A stretch of DNA of 64,000 nt from an uncultured Saprospiraceae bacterium (GCA_963746195.1 CAVVAS010000008.1:50979-114978), one strand, 5' to 3'. Counted from the first letter of the stretch, positions 46,005-55,352 are shown. The notes: a model not told the origin generated them from the letters alone. Translations and numbers: made by a program.

Positions 46005-46739
46005 ATGTACAGGTTTATTAAATCGAATTCTTTCAAGTATCTCAAAAACTTCGTTATTGGAGTAGGTGCTTCTGTCGTCATGATCGGAGCTCTTGGTAAA
46101 ATCCGGAGTTTCGGATGGGGTGACGCGATGATCACCGTTGGCCTTTCTACTGAGGCATTTATTTTCCTTATGCTGGGTCTGATTCCACCGGAAAAAGACT
46201 ACTACTGGGAGAAATTGTATCCGGGATTAGAGAAATACAACAGTAAAATATCTCCGATCGCTGCCGGTGAAATGGATAAGGACCAAAGGCCTCTCAATGG
46301 GGTCAAGGTTGAAGGTCAGCTTGGTGGAATGCTTTCTGAATTACAGATCATGTCGAAAAGCATGAGCTCACTGAAAGCACTGCAGGAAGTGGATTTTTCT
46401 CAGACTTCGGACCAGATTAAAGCAATGGGTAATTTCTATGACCGGATGAACCAGGCCATGCAGGAATTAAGCCATAGCGTAGAAGAGACAAAAGCATATC
46501 GCGGACATATTACAGCATTAAATCAGAATCTTGTTGGAGTGAACACGATGTACCAGGGCGTTCTTCAGGCTAAAGATTCACTGAGCAAAGTCAATGATGC
46601 AATGGTAGAACTGGCCAACACAGCAGATGATGCACGCAGCTACAAGGACCAAATGGGTACACTGAACAAGAACTTACGTTCGTTGAATAGTGTATACGGT
46701 AACGTTCTGACTGCCATGACAGGAACTGCAAAGGCATAA
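46005..46739 (+). CDS. gldL: Gliding motility/T9SS protein GldL (PorL)
   Basis: 244 aa. Two N-terminal TM helices ('GASVVMIGALGKI') and a coiled-coil C-terminus. Gene order supports the call. Confidence 0.85.
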   Translation: MYRFIKSNSFKYLKNFVIGVGASVVMIGALGKIRSFGWGDAMITVGLSTEAFIFLMLGLIPPEKDYYWEKLYPGLEKYNSKISPIAAGEMDKDQRPLNGVKVEGQLGGMLSELQIMSKSMSSLKALQEVDFSQTSDQIKAMGNFYDRMNQAMQELSHSVEETKAYRGHITALNQNLVGVNTMYQGVLQAKDSLSKVNDAMVELANTADDARSYKDQMGTLNKNLRSLNSVYGNVLTAMTGTAKA

Positions 46740-46794
46740 GCCGGTATTGAAGTTCAGTATGATTTATTTTTTAATGAAAAACTATTAATTCGAT

Positions 46795-48363
46795 ATGTCA
46801 ATTCCAAAGGAGCCCAGGCAGATTATGATCAATATCATGTATCTGGTTTTGACTGCCCTGCTTGCACTTAATGTTTCGGCGGAGATCTTTAACGCATTTA
46901 AAGTTGTGGATAAGAGCATGGTGAAGAGTAACACCGCTCTCGATGAAGCAAACAATAAGATGCCGGACGCTATTAAAGCCGGTGCGAAAAAGAGAGAATC
47001 TCTGGCTAAATATGCCGAACGTGTCGATCCTGCGCGACAATATTCACAGGAGTTTGATAAATACATTCAGGGTATCATTGATACCATGATCAATATCACC
47101 GGCGGGTATGTACCCGATCCGGAAACGGGTCAGCCTACTGATAAACTGAAAGGTGAGAAAGAAAAGAATGTCACCACCAGGTTATTAGTAGATAAGGGTG
47201 TCGGCGAAGAAATTAAAGCCAAGATTCTGGAGTATAAGAATAAATACATGGCGCTACTTGATACAGCTGATGTAGGTAAGTACGGCGATGATATTGCATT
47301 GGGAGTAGATGATGTCAGCTGGAAGAAGAAAAAGAAGAAGAGTTGGGCTGAAATGAATTTCAACCACATGCCATTACAGGCTGCAATTCCAATTCTCCGG
47401 AAATTTCAGAATGACAATAAGAACTCAGAAGCTACAATATTGAATTACCTGGCTACCCAGGTAGGTACAACTACTGACGTGGTTTTGGACAAATTTGCTG
47501 TTGTTTCAGCTGCTGAGAAATCTTATGTGATCAAAGGCGATACATACAATGCCGATATCTATCTGAGTGCCTTTGCAGGTGCAGACAGTAAGACTGGAAT
47601 TTCGATCACTGTAGATGGAAGATCCCTTCCTGTTGATGCAGAAGGAATCGCCAAGTACTCTGCTTCCGCAAGTTCAGTGGGTATCAAAAAATATACTGCT
47701 ACAGTTACTGTGACAAATCCTGTTACGGGAGAAGTTCAGCCGTTTCATAAGGAGTTTGAATATGAAGTTGGAGAGCGCTCTGTATCCGTTTCCGCTACAA
47801 AAATGAATGTGTTCTATATGGGTGTACCTAATCCTGTGGAAGTATCTGCAGCTGGTGTACCCAGTAACCAGGTCCAGGTAGCTATGTCAGGAGGAGGAGG
47901 AGGAAGTATTTCTCGTAATTCTGACGGTACTTTCACGGTAACTGTGACATCACAGACAAAGAAGGATGAGTATGCTTACATCAATGTAACTGCTCCTGGC
48001 CTTACCGCTCAGAAAGCATTCCGAACGAAGAGAATTCCTGACCCTGTAGCAAAATTGAGTGCTTCAGCAGGTGGGGCAATGTCTTCAGGCGAATTTAAAG
48101 CTCAGCGGGGTCTATTTGCTGTTCTTGATAATTTTGACTTCGATGCTAAATGTGAGATCATAGGTTACCAGTTAGTTCGTGTACCAAGAAGACAAGATCC
48201 GCAGCCAGCTACGAATAAAGGAGGACCTTATGGTTCTGAAGCCAAGTCAATTGTAGACCAGGCTAAAGCAGGTGATACGTACTACTTCGAAGATGTGAAG
48301 GCCAAGTGTCCCGGGGATGCTGTAGGTCGTCCAATCAATCAACTTGTATTTAAAATAAATTAA
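46795..48363 (+). CDS. gldM: Gliding motility/T9SS protein GldM (PorM)
   Basis: 522 aa. 'PRQIMINIMYLVLTALLALNVS' is a typical GldM N-terminus. Confidence 0.9.
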   Translation: MSIPKEPRQIMINIMYLVLTALLALNVSAEIFNAFKVVDKSMVKSNTALDEANNKMPDAIKAGAKKRESLAKYAERVDPARQYSQEFDKYIQGIIDTMINITGGYVPDPETGQPTDKLKGEKEKNVTTRLLVDKGVGEEIKAKILEYKNKYMALLDTADVGKYGDDIALGVDDVSWKKKKKKSWAEMNFNHMPLQAAIPILRKFQNDNKNSEATILNYLATQVGTTTDVVLDKFAVVSAAEKSYVIKGDTYNADIYLSAFAGADSKTGISITVDGRSLPVDAEGIAKYSASASSVGIKKYTATVTVTNPVTGEVQPFHKEFEYEVGERSVSVSATKMNVFYMGVPNPVEVSAAGVPSNQVQVAMSGGGGGSISRNSDGTFTVTVTSQTKKDEYAYINVTAPGLTAQKAFRTKRIPDPVAKLSASAGGAMSSGEFKAQRGLFAVLDNFDFDAKCEIIGYQLVRVPRRQDPQPATNKGGPYGSEAKSIVDQAKAGDTYYFEDVKAKCPGDAVGRPINQLVFKIN

Positions 48364-48372
48364 TATTTCATC

Positions 48373-49281
48373 ATGAAGTTATCTTTTGGTCATCTGGTTG
48401 TTTTCGGCTTAGCCGTTCTGCCGTCTATTGGATGGGCACAGGTTGAGGAGAAAAAGGTTGAGGAGAAAAAGCTTGCTGAGGTCAACGTCATCACAGAATC
48501 AAGTGAGCCTGTTGAGGATACTTACCTCAATGATGTCGTCAGACATACCATGATATTCGAAAACAGGGTTCTTCCATATGAACCTCTGCGCGAAGCGGAT
48601 ATTCCATGGGAGCGCAAACTGTGGCGTGTCATTGATGTCAGGGAGAAAATCAATCAACCTTTCAGCTATCCGCCTATGCCTTTGTTTACCATCATGGCAG
48701 ACGGAGTTCAATCAGGTGAAATCAAGGTGTTCAAAGACGAAGACTTTAAGGAAATGATGACACCTGAAGAGGTACAGGGAAAACTCATGCATACAGATAC
48801 AAGTCTCATCTTCAATCCTGATACTTACGAAGATGAAGTGCGTATCGTAAATAGCCCTGTCAATCCTGAGGACATTAAAAAATACAGGGTCAAGGAAGTG
48901 TGGTTTTTCGATAAGGAAGAATCAAGAATGAGAGTACGCATACTTGGTATCGCTCCGATCCAGGATCAATATGATGCTAATGGTGTATTTAAATATGCTC
49001 TTCCGTTGTTTTGGGTGTATTACCCCGAAGCTCGGGAAGTATTAGCCAGGTATCCATCATACAATGACCAGAATGATGCAGATCCGGGTACATGGTATGA
49101 CCTGTTTGAAGAGCGAAGATTTTCAAGCTATATTTTTAAGGAATCCAATGTTCTTGACGTTTGGTTATCACAATATTTCATTGATGATAATGGTGAAGAT
49201 AAAGGTGTCGCCAGGCTGATGGAATCAGATCGCATCCAGCAGGAACTATTTAACTGGGAACATGATCTCTGGTCTTATTAA
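48373..49281 (+). CDS. gldN: Gliding motility/T9SS protein GldN (PorN)
   Basis: 302 aa with a signal peptide. 'VKEVWFFDKEESRMRVRILGIAP' and the position after gldM. Confidence 0.85.
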   Translation: MKLSFGHLVVFGLAVLPSIGWAQVEEKKVEEKKLAEVNVITESSEPVEDTYLNDVVRHTMIFENRVLPYEPLREADIPWERKLWRVIDVREKINQPFSYPPMPLFTIMADGVQSGEIKVFKDEDFKEMMTPEEVQGKLMHTDTSLIFNPDTYEDEVRIVNSPVNPEDIKKYRVKEVWFFDKEESRMRVRILGIAPIQDQYDANGVFKYALPLFWVYYPEAREVLARYPSYNDQNDADPGTWYDLFEERRFSSYIFKESNVLDVWLSQYFIDDNGEDKGVARLMESDRIQQELFNWEHDLWSY

Positions 49282-49426
49282 TTGACTTCTTAGAATAAAA
49301 TATAAAGGCCTTTGCTGAATTTTCTGCAAGGGCTTTTTTATTATACATATTGAAATTTCGAATGATTGCTAATGGCGCTATTTTAGCGTCCTTATTATTG
49401 AAAATAGTCTTTCAAAGTTTTTTAGA

Positions 49427-51010
49427 ATGCCTGGAAAAGAATATATCATTCGCAACCTTCGCCTTCATCTCAGCTTTCGCCTTCACCTTAGCCTCAGCCT
49501 TTTGTTTTGCCTTAGCCTTCGCCTACTTTTTAGCCTTCGCCTCAGCCTTCGCCTTAGCCCTTTTTTTTGCCTTAGCCTTGGCGTTCTGCTATCCTCTTGC
49601 TACAAAGAGAAATTCACCACAGATCAAAATGAAACCATATCCTTTTCAACGGATACATTGAATTTTGATACTGTCCTTACCAGCATCAGCACCGTGACCA
49701 GGTATTTTAAAGTTTATAATCGAAATGATCTTTCTATCAAAATACAGGATGTAAAGCTTACAGGAAACAATGCAGCTTTTTTTCACCTCAATGTAGATGG
49801 CATTGCCGGTAATGACATTTCCGACGAGCAGATACAGCCTCATGACAGCATTTATATTTTTGCTGAAGCCACTATAGATCCCGATGCCCCGGAATCCGTA
49901 AGCCCTTTTATCCTGGAAGCCGATATCTCATTCCTGACGAATGGCAATCAACAAAAAGTCACATTAATCGCCTGGGGTCAAAATGCTAATTATATTCCCG
50001 GGCCAAATACACCTAACCGCATTTTATTGCTTACATGCGATATGGGACAAATCACATGGGATGATCCAAAGCCATATGTCTTGTATGGTACATTGCTCAT
50101 TGATTCCTGCACACTTGTATTGCCTCCGGGTACACGCCTATATGTTCATGGAGGGATTGCCAACAATCAGTTGGGCATTTACAATGAAGGATTGATTTAC
50201 ACACTGCCAAATGGCAAGTTGCAGGTTTCAGGAACTGTCACACAGCCTGTAATCATTCGCGATGACAGGATTGAACCTGATTATGACGGTTCGTGGGCAG
50301 GGATTCGGCTTGGTCCCGGGAGCGGGCCTCATCGTTTCAGTTATATGAAATTAACCAGCGGAATTGTTGGCATCTCTGCAGATAGTGCATCAGTAGTGGA
50401 TATTGATCACAGTAGCGTTGCCTTTACCGGTGGACCCGGATTCTATGCGCGTCATGCATCTGCCCGAATATCGAATTCACTATTTTACGAAAATGGAACG
50501 CAATCGATCGAATTGACTTATGGAGGAGATTATGAATTGACTTATTGTACAATGTCCAATTTTGGAAACAATGCAGAAGCCCTCTTATTGAATAATTATT
50601 ATTGCGCAGATCCTCTTTGTTCCGCAGGTGCAATGTTGAATTTGCTAAATGCTCGTGTGCGTGATTGCATCATGGTTGGGTCCTCCACTGATGAACTTTG
50701 GATGGTCGATGCATCAGATCCATCTCAAATGTTATTTGACGTGAAAATGGAGAATAACATTGTCGTGGTGAAAGATCTTCTTAAACCTGATAATTTTCCC
50801 ACCTTCTTCGATGACATCTGTACAAACTGTCTGCAATGGCAATATGGTGACACCTTATTTATTGACATGGATAAAAATGATTATCACCTCGATACCATGT
50901 CCATCGCGGAGATGAAAGGGATTCCTGTCCCCGGATTCACAGATGATCTGGATGGTCTGTCAAGAGATGTCAGTCATCCGGATATCGGGTGCTATGAGTT
51001 TCCTAACTAG
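49427..51010 (+). CDS. Hypothetical lipoprotein; start uncertain, N-terminus encoded by a hexamer repeat tract
   Basis: 527-aa ORF. Lipobox 'GVLLSSC' at about residue 58, with no other in-frame ATG before residue ~215. Confidence 0.55.
   Translation: MPGKEYIIRNLRLHLSFRLHLSLSLLFCLSLRLLFSLRLSLRLSPFFCLSLGVLLSSCYKEKFTTDQNETISFSTDTLNFDTVLTSISTVTRYFKVYNRNDLSIKIQDVKLTGNNAAFFHLNVDGIAGNDISDEQIQPHDSIYIFAEATIDPDAPESVSPFILEADISFLTNGNQQKVTLIAWGQNANYIPGPNTPNRILLLTCDMGQITWDDPKPYVLYGTLLIDSCTLVLPPGTRLYVHGGIANNQLGIYNEGLIYTLPNGKLQVSGTVTQPVIIRDDRIEPDYDGSWAGIRLGPGSGPHRFSYMKLTSGIVGISADSASVVDIDHSSVAFTGGPGFYARHASARISNSLFYENGTQSIELTYGGDYELTYCTMSNFGNNAEALLLNNYYCADPLCSAGAMLNLLNARVRDCIMVGSSTDELWMVDASDPSQMLFDVKMENNIVVVKDLLKPDNFPTFFDDICTNCLQWQYGDTLFIDMDKNDYHLDTMSIAEMKGIPVPGFTDDLDGLSRDVSHPDIGCYEFPN
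49451..49583. repeat. Hexamer tract GCCTTM (GCCTTC/GCCTTA/GCCTCA...) of about 130 nt
   Basis: Read directly from the sequence. Same family as 26918-26948, 63307-63332 and 1990-2016. Confidence 0.85.
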
Positions 51011-51023
51011 GATGTTTCCCGCT

Positions 51024-51228
51024 GTTTGAAGTTTCCAAACTTCAAACAAATATTATTATGCTGATTCTACTTTATAACTGCCTCAAGCAGTTTTTAACTG
51101 CATGTAATATTCAAAAGAACCTAATTAAAATGTGAACATGTTTGTTAGCTGCAGTTTGAAACTGCTTCCATTTAATTTACATAGTGAATTAACAAGCGGA
51201 TATTTATTTTAAGTTTAAAAACTTAAAA
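51024..51228. repeat. Cluster of short perfect hairpins sharing an AGTTT..AAACT core
   Basis: 51024-51047 GTTTGAAGTTT-cc-AAACTTCAAAC. 51076-51100 AACTG..CAGTT-ttt-AACTG. 51151-51165 GCAGTTT-g-AAACTGC. 51207-51228 TTTTAAGTTT-aa-AAACTTAAAA. Confidence 0.8.
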
Positions 51229-51263
51229 TAGCTTAATGATTAAGAATAAAATAAATTTCCCTG

Positions 51264-52556
51264 TCAGAGGGTTGGGGGTATAACGGTATTTATCCTTCTC
51301 TTATCCACCGTCACAAGCATAATAAAACCTATCATAAAAAACATCGTCAGAACTAAAACGCTCATCCGCATATTTCCTGTGATGGAATTGACCAGTCCAA
51401 ACATAAATGTCCCTGTGACAATGGCCAGTTTAGAGACAATATCATAAAAGCTAAAAAAAGAAGTAGGGTCATCCTTGCGGCCTTCAAGTAATTTAGCATA
51501 AGTCGCTCTTGAAAGAGATTGTATTCCGCCCAGCACTAAACCTACGAAGCCAGCGATGGTGAAGAATTGCCATTTTTCCGTAGTGAGATAAGCCCCACCG
51601 CAGATGAGAACCCAGATCAGGATTTGAATGAGGAGACTGAATTTATTCCCTCTAAGTTTAGATACTCTTGCAAAAAATAAAGCGCCCGGAATAGCTACGA
51701 GCTGGAGAAGTAAAATCGTAATAATTAATTCCGTACCCTTAAAACCCAATTCCTGGCTTGCAAAAATGGAAGCAAGGTAAATGACAGTGTGAACCCCGGC
51801 GATGTAAAAAAAATAAGAGATCAGATATCGCTTGAGATGTACGTCAACTTTTATTTTATACCAAACGAGCAACAACTCGTGCCATCCTTTTTTAAATAAA
51901 TTTTCAACATGATGCATCCTGTTGTCCGGAGGTAACCTCGCAAACGTAATCTGTGCAAACCCAAACCACCAAAACCCCACCAACACAAATGAAATCCTGG
52001 ATGGAAGTGTCGGATTGGATATGCCAAACCATTCAGGTTTTTGAATCATGACCAGGCAGAAGATGAGTAACATAACGCTTCCGATATATCCATAGGCATA
52101 GCCTTTGGCACTTACCTTGTCATACTGATCTTCTGTCGCAATAATAGGCAGGTAGGAATCGTAAAATACCAATCCACCTGCTGCTCCAATAGTTCCAAGG
52201 ATAAATGAAGCAGTACCGATCCACATTGTTTCTGCGGAACTAAAAAAGAATAGAGAAATACATCCTATAGCTCCAACGAGCGTAAATGATTTTAAAAAAT
52301 ACATTCGACGTCCACTGTAATCTGCGATACCCGATAATAAGGGAGACAATAGGGCGATTAGAATATAAGCCAACGTAACGGAGAAAGAATATAATGCAGA
52401 ACTGGACACAGAACCTCCGAATATATTGATGCGGGCATTCGCTACATTTGAAAAATAAATAGGGAATATTGCAGTGGATATCACCAGGTAATAAGCCGAA
52501 TTGGCCCAGTCAAAATAAGCCCATCCGTTAATGATTTTTTTATCATTGAGTTCCAT
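51264..52556 (-). CDS. MFS transporter (UMF1/Atg22-like family)
   Basis: The ATG at 52556 gives 'MELNDKKIINGWAYFDWANSAYY', a typical UMF1 N-terminus, with about 12 TM helices. The track start at 52586 is TTG. Confidence 0.8.
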   Translation of the reverse strand: MELNDKKIINGWAYFDWANSAYYLVISTAIFPIYFSNVANARINIFGGSVSSSALYSFSVTLAYILIALLSPLLSGIADYSGRRMYFLKSFTLVGAIGCISLFFFSSAETMWIGTASFILGTIGAAGGLVFYDSYLPIIATEDQYDKVSAKGYAYGYIGSVMLLIFCLVMIQKPEWFGISNPTLPSRISFVLVGFWWFGFAQITFARLPPDNRMHHVENLFKKGWHELLLVWYKIKVDVHLKRYLISYFFYIAGVHTVIYLASIFASQELGFKGTELIITILLLQLVAIPGALFFARVSKLRGNKFSLLIQILIWVLICGGAYLTTEKWQFFTIAGFVGLVLGGIQSLSRATYAKLLEGRKDDPTSFFSFYDIVSKLAIVTGTFMFGLVNSITGNMRMSVLVLTMFFMIGFIMLVTVDKRRINTVIPPTL

Positions 52557-52672
52557 ATGATGAAGGTAATTGTTATGAAAAACCAAGGTAGTCCTTCTTG
52601 CCCGGAATATGGTCAGACCGATGTGAGATTCCCTTTTTTCCCTGTGATGATGTTTTATTATCTTCCCTCGTT

Positions 52673-53566
52673 ATGAGAATTCTGATTTTGAGCCGGAGCC
52701 CAATCCTATACTCCACCCACAGTCTTGTGATGGCGGCGCGACGCCGTGGTCATTCAGTCAGAGTAGTAGACCATATGCAGTGTGATCTTACTATTTTGGA
52801 TGGAAAGTTAGGTGTTCGTTACCAGGGTGAATTCCTTGGAAGACCGGATGCTGTAATTCCACGAATCGGATCCTCTGTCACAAGCTATGGTGCAGCGGTT
52901 GTAAGACATTTTGAAATGATGCAGGTGTACACCGTGGTGACTACGGATGCATTGTTAAAGGCACGTGATAAAAGAACTTCATTACAATACCTTGCGGCAA
53001 ATAATTTACCTGTACCAGATAGTGTTTTTACAGCCATTCCTGAAAATGTAGAGGCAATGCTTCGCTTACTTGGTGACAATTATCCTGTTGTCATCAAAAT
53101 GCTTAACAGTACGCAGGGACAAGGAGTGATCCTGGGTGAATCACTGAGTGCTGCTCAATCTATCACTGAAGCTTTCATACGATTGAGGGAAGAGGTCCTC
53201 TTGCAAAAATTTATCACTGAATCAAAAGGCAGGGATGTCAGAGTTTTCGTTGTAGGAGGCAAAGTCATTGCAACCATGGAAAGAAGCGCGCAGGATGGTG
53301 AGTTCCGATCAAATTTACATCGCGGTGCATCCTCAAAAAAAGTACGCATTACTCCGGCTGAAGAAGAAATTTCACTACGCGCCGCAAGGTTGATGGGATT
53401 GGAAGTTGCAGGAGTTGATATTCTTAGATCGGAAAAGGGTCCGCTCATTTTAGAAATCAATGCTTCACCCGGACTCGAAGGAATTGAAGGGACAACGAAC
53501 GTGGATATTGCAGGACACATCATCAAATTTGTTGAAAGCCATGCCCGACCGGTCACTGTTCAATGA
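52673..53566 (+). CDS. rimK: RimK-family ATP-grasp alpha-L-glutamate ligase
   Basis: 'MRILILSRSPILYSTHSLVMAARRRGHSVRVVD' parallels the E. coli RimK N-terminus. ATP-grasp body. Confidence 0.85.
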   Translation: MRILILSRSPILYSTHSLVMAARRRGHSVRVVDHMQCDLTILDGKLGVRYQGEFLGRPDAVIPRIGSSVTSYGAAVVRHFEMMQVYTVVTTDALLKARDKRTSLQYLAANNLPVPDSVFTAIPENVEAMLRLLGDNYPVVIKMLNSTQGQGVILGESLSAAQSITEAFIRLREEVLLQKFITESKGRDVRVFVVGGKVIATMERSAQDGEFRSNLHRGASSKKVRITPAEEEISLRAARLMGLEVAGVDILRSEKGPLILEINASPGLEGIEGTTNVDIAGHIIKFVESHARPVTVQ

Positions 53567-54509
53567 GATTCGTCAGATTCATTTGGGCAATAATGAAATC
53601 ATGCCCGGCACAAGCACTAAAGCGAGTTATAGTGTAGGTAATCTCCCATCAGGTACACGTGTCGCCATTCAAATGGAAATTTTCCGCAGCACACAACCAG
53701 GTCCTCATGTATTGATCATCGGGGGCATACATGGTGATGAAGTCAACGGGGTTGAGATTGTAAGAAGGACTTTAGAAAATAATTTATATAAAGAAATGTC
53801 AGCCGGTACTGTTATTGTAGTACCACTGCTCAATGTGTACGGGTTTATCAATTTTAGCCGCGATGTTCCTGATGGCAAGGATGTCAATCGCAGTTTTCCC
53901 GGAACTTTAGCAGGAAGCCTTGCATCAAGAGTCGCGAGGATCATTACAAAAAATGTATTGCCACAGATTGACGTGATCATAGATTGTCATGCCGGCGGCC
54001 AGAATCGGTTTAATTATCCCCAGGTTAGAATTACAAAAGGCGATGAAGAAAGTTATAAGCTTGCGCTAGCTTTTAATCCACCTTTTATTATTCACAGATC
54101 TGCTTTGAATGGTTCATTACGTAAGACGGCAAAACTTGCACAAAAACTTTGCCTCACCTACGAAGGTGGTGAAGCACTTCGGCTGGACGGGTATTCTATT
54201 GCTAGAGGCATTGCAGGAATTGAACGATCTCTTCAAAATCTGGGAATGATCAGGAATGCACCGCTTGAAACAGGTATTCCTGTAGATATTGAACATGTCA
54301 GCTGGGTCAGGTCATCTCATGCCGGTCTTTTTATCTGGTCGAAGAGCTCAGGATTCCCGGTCAAAAAAGGAGATCCTTTAGGCACAATAGGAGATCCCTA
54401 CGGTACTCGAAGAGTTATTGTCTCGGCACCCAGGGATGGTTATATCATCGGTCATACCAATGCACCTGTTGTAAGCCAGGGAGACGCGCTTTTCCATATT
54501 GGTTATTGA
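53541..54509 (+). CDS. Succinylglutamate desuccinylase/aspartoacylase-family (M14-like) deacylase
   Basis: 'GPHVLIIGGIHGDEVNGVEIV' zinc motif. The ATG at 53541 overlaps the rimK 3' end by 26 nt. Confidence 0.8.
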   Translation: MPDRSLFNEIRQIHLGNNEIMPGTSTKASYSVGNLPSGTRVAIQMEIFRSTQPGPHVLIIGGIHGDEVNGVEIVRRTLENNLYKEMSAGTVIVVPLLNVYGFINFSRDVPDGKDVNRSFPGTLAGSLASRVARIITKNVLPQIDVIIDCHAGGQNRFNYPQVRITKGDEESYKLALAFNPPFIIHRSALNGSLRKTAKLAQKLCLTYEGGEALRLDGYSIARGIAGIERSLQNLGMIRNAPLETGIPVDIEHVSWVRSSHAGLFIWSKSSGFPVKKGDPLGTIGDPYGTRRVIVSAPRDGYIIGHTNAPVVSQGDALFHIGY

Positions 54510-54544
54510 TTTGAACCAGGACTTGCCGCATTAAGCATCTCATT

Positions 54545-54552
54545 TATCTTTG
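54545..54552 (+). promoter_or_regulatory. Candidate -7 box TAtcTTTG
   Basis: 10 nt upstream of the ATG at 54563. Confidence 0.35.
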
Positions 54553-54562
54553 CTGCCACAAT

Positions 54563-55258
54563 ATGAAACTTAACCCTGCCAGGATTATTACTTTTTCCCT
54601 CCTCTATGTAATGTTGGTGGGGTGTAACTGGCAAAACAGGAACAATCAGTCAACAGAAGATGGCACTGCTGCTCATCACGATAGTTTAAATAAAGGCTTC
54701 GAATCTGATGTTAAGGTTTATGAAAGTCCTGACCGGGTGATCTGGCAAAAACCGGATTTGGTCATTGAACAATTAGGCCAGGTAGAAGGTAAAATTGTAG
54801 CAGATCTTGGTGCCGGTACAGGATATTTCAGCAGGCGAATTGCATTCAAAGGAGCTACGGTCATTGCTATCGATATTGACCCAAAAGCCATTCAATGGAT
54901 GGAAGAGCAAAAGGCAAAATTCCCTGCGGACATCAGGGAAAGATTGATAATTCGCCAGGCTGATGCGGACAACCCGCATCTCAAACCAAATGAGGTTGAT
55001 CTGGTACTCCTTGTAAATACCTATACTTATATAAAAAACAGGGTCCCTTATTTTACAAGATTGAAAGAAGATATTCGCAAGGGTGGTGATGTCGTCATCA
55101 TTGATTTCAAAAAGAAAGAAACGCCATTTGGCCCGCCACTGGAAGAGAGAGTAGATGCTGTCGATGTTGAAAACGAATTGAAAGCAGCCGGGTATGAAAT
55201 ACTTAAAGTAGATGAGGAGTCTCTCGACTATCAGTACATCATTAAAGCACAACGTTAA
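54563..55258 (+). CDS. Class I SAM-dependent methyltransferase with N-terminal lipoprotein-like signal
   Basis: 231 aa. 'VADLGAGTGYFSRRIA' is motif I. 'MLVGC' is lipobox-like. Confidence 0.8.
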   Translation: MKLNPARIITFSLLYVMLVGCNWQNRNNQSTEDGTAAHHDSLNKGFESDVKVYESPDRVIWQKPDLVIEQLGQVEGKIVADLGAGTGYFSRRIAFKGATVIAIDIDPKAIQWMEEQKAKFPADIRERLIIRQADADNPHLKPNEVDLVLLVNTYTYIKNRVPYFTRLKEDIRKGGDVVIIDFKKKETPFGPPLEERVDAVDVENELKAAGYEILKVDEESLDYQYIIKAQR

Positions 55259-55261
55259 TAA

Positions 55262-55352
55262 CGTGAATCGTCAGTCGTGAATCGTCAGTCGTGAATCGTC
55301 AGTCGTGAGTCGTCAGTTGTGAGTCGTCAGTTGTGAGTAGTGAATGGTGAAT
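55262..55352. repeat. Heptamer tract x13 (alternating CGTGAAT/CGTCAGT, degenerating to TGTGAGT, GGTGAAT)
   Basis: Read directly from the sequence. Begins 4 nt after the stop at 55258. Confidence 0.9.

Noticed and set aside
48442-48471. 15-nt tandem duplication GTTGAGGAGAAAAAG x2 in gldN
   Set aside because: It is an in-frame duplication encoding VEEKK twice in the linker just after the signal peptide. This is trivial slippage, not a feature.
49350-49661. 103-aa ORF (..FAFISAFAFTLASAFCFALAFAYFLAFASAFALALFFALALAF..)
   Set aside because: It is an alternative-frame read-through of the GCCTTM hexamer tract. It overlaps the longer ORF that continues into a real 470-aa domain.
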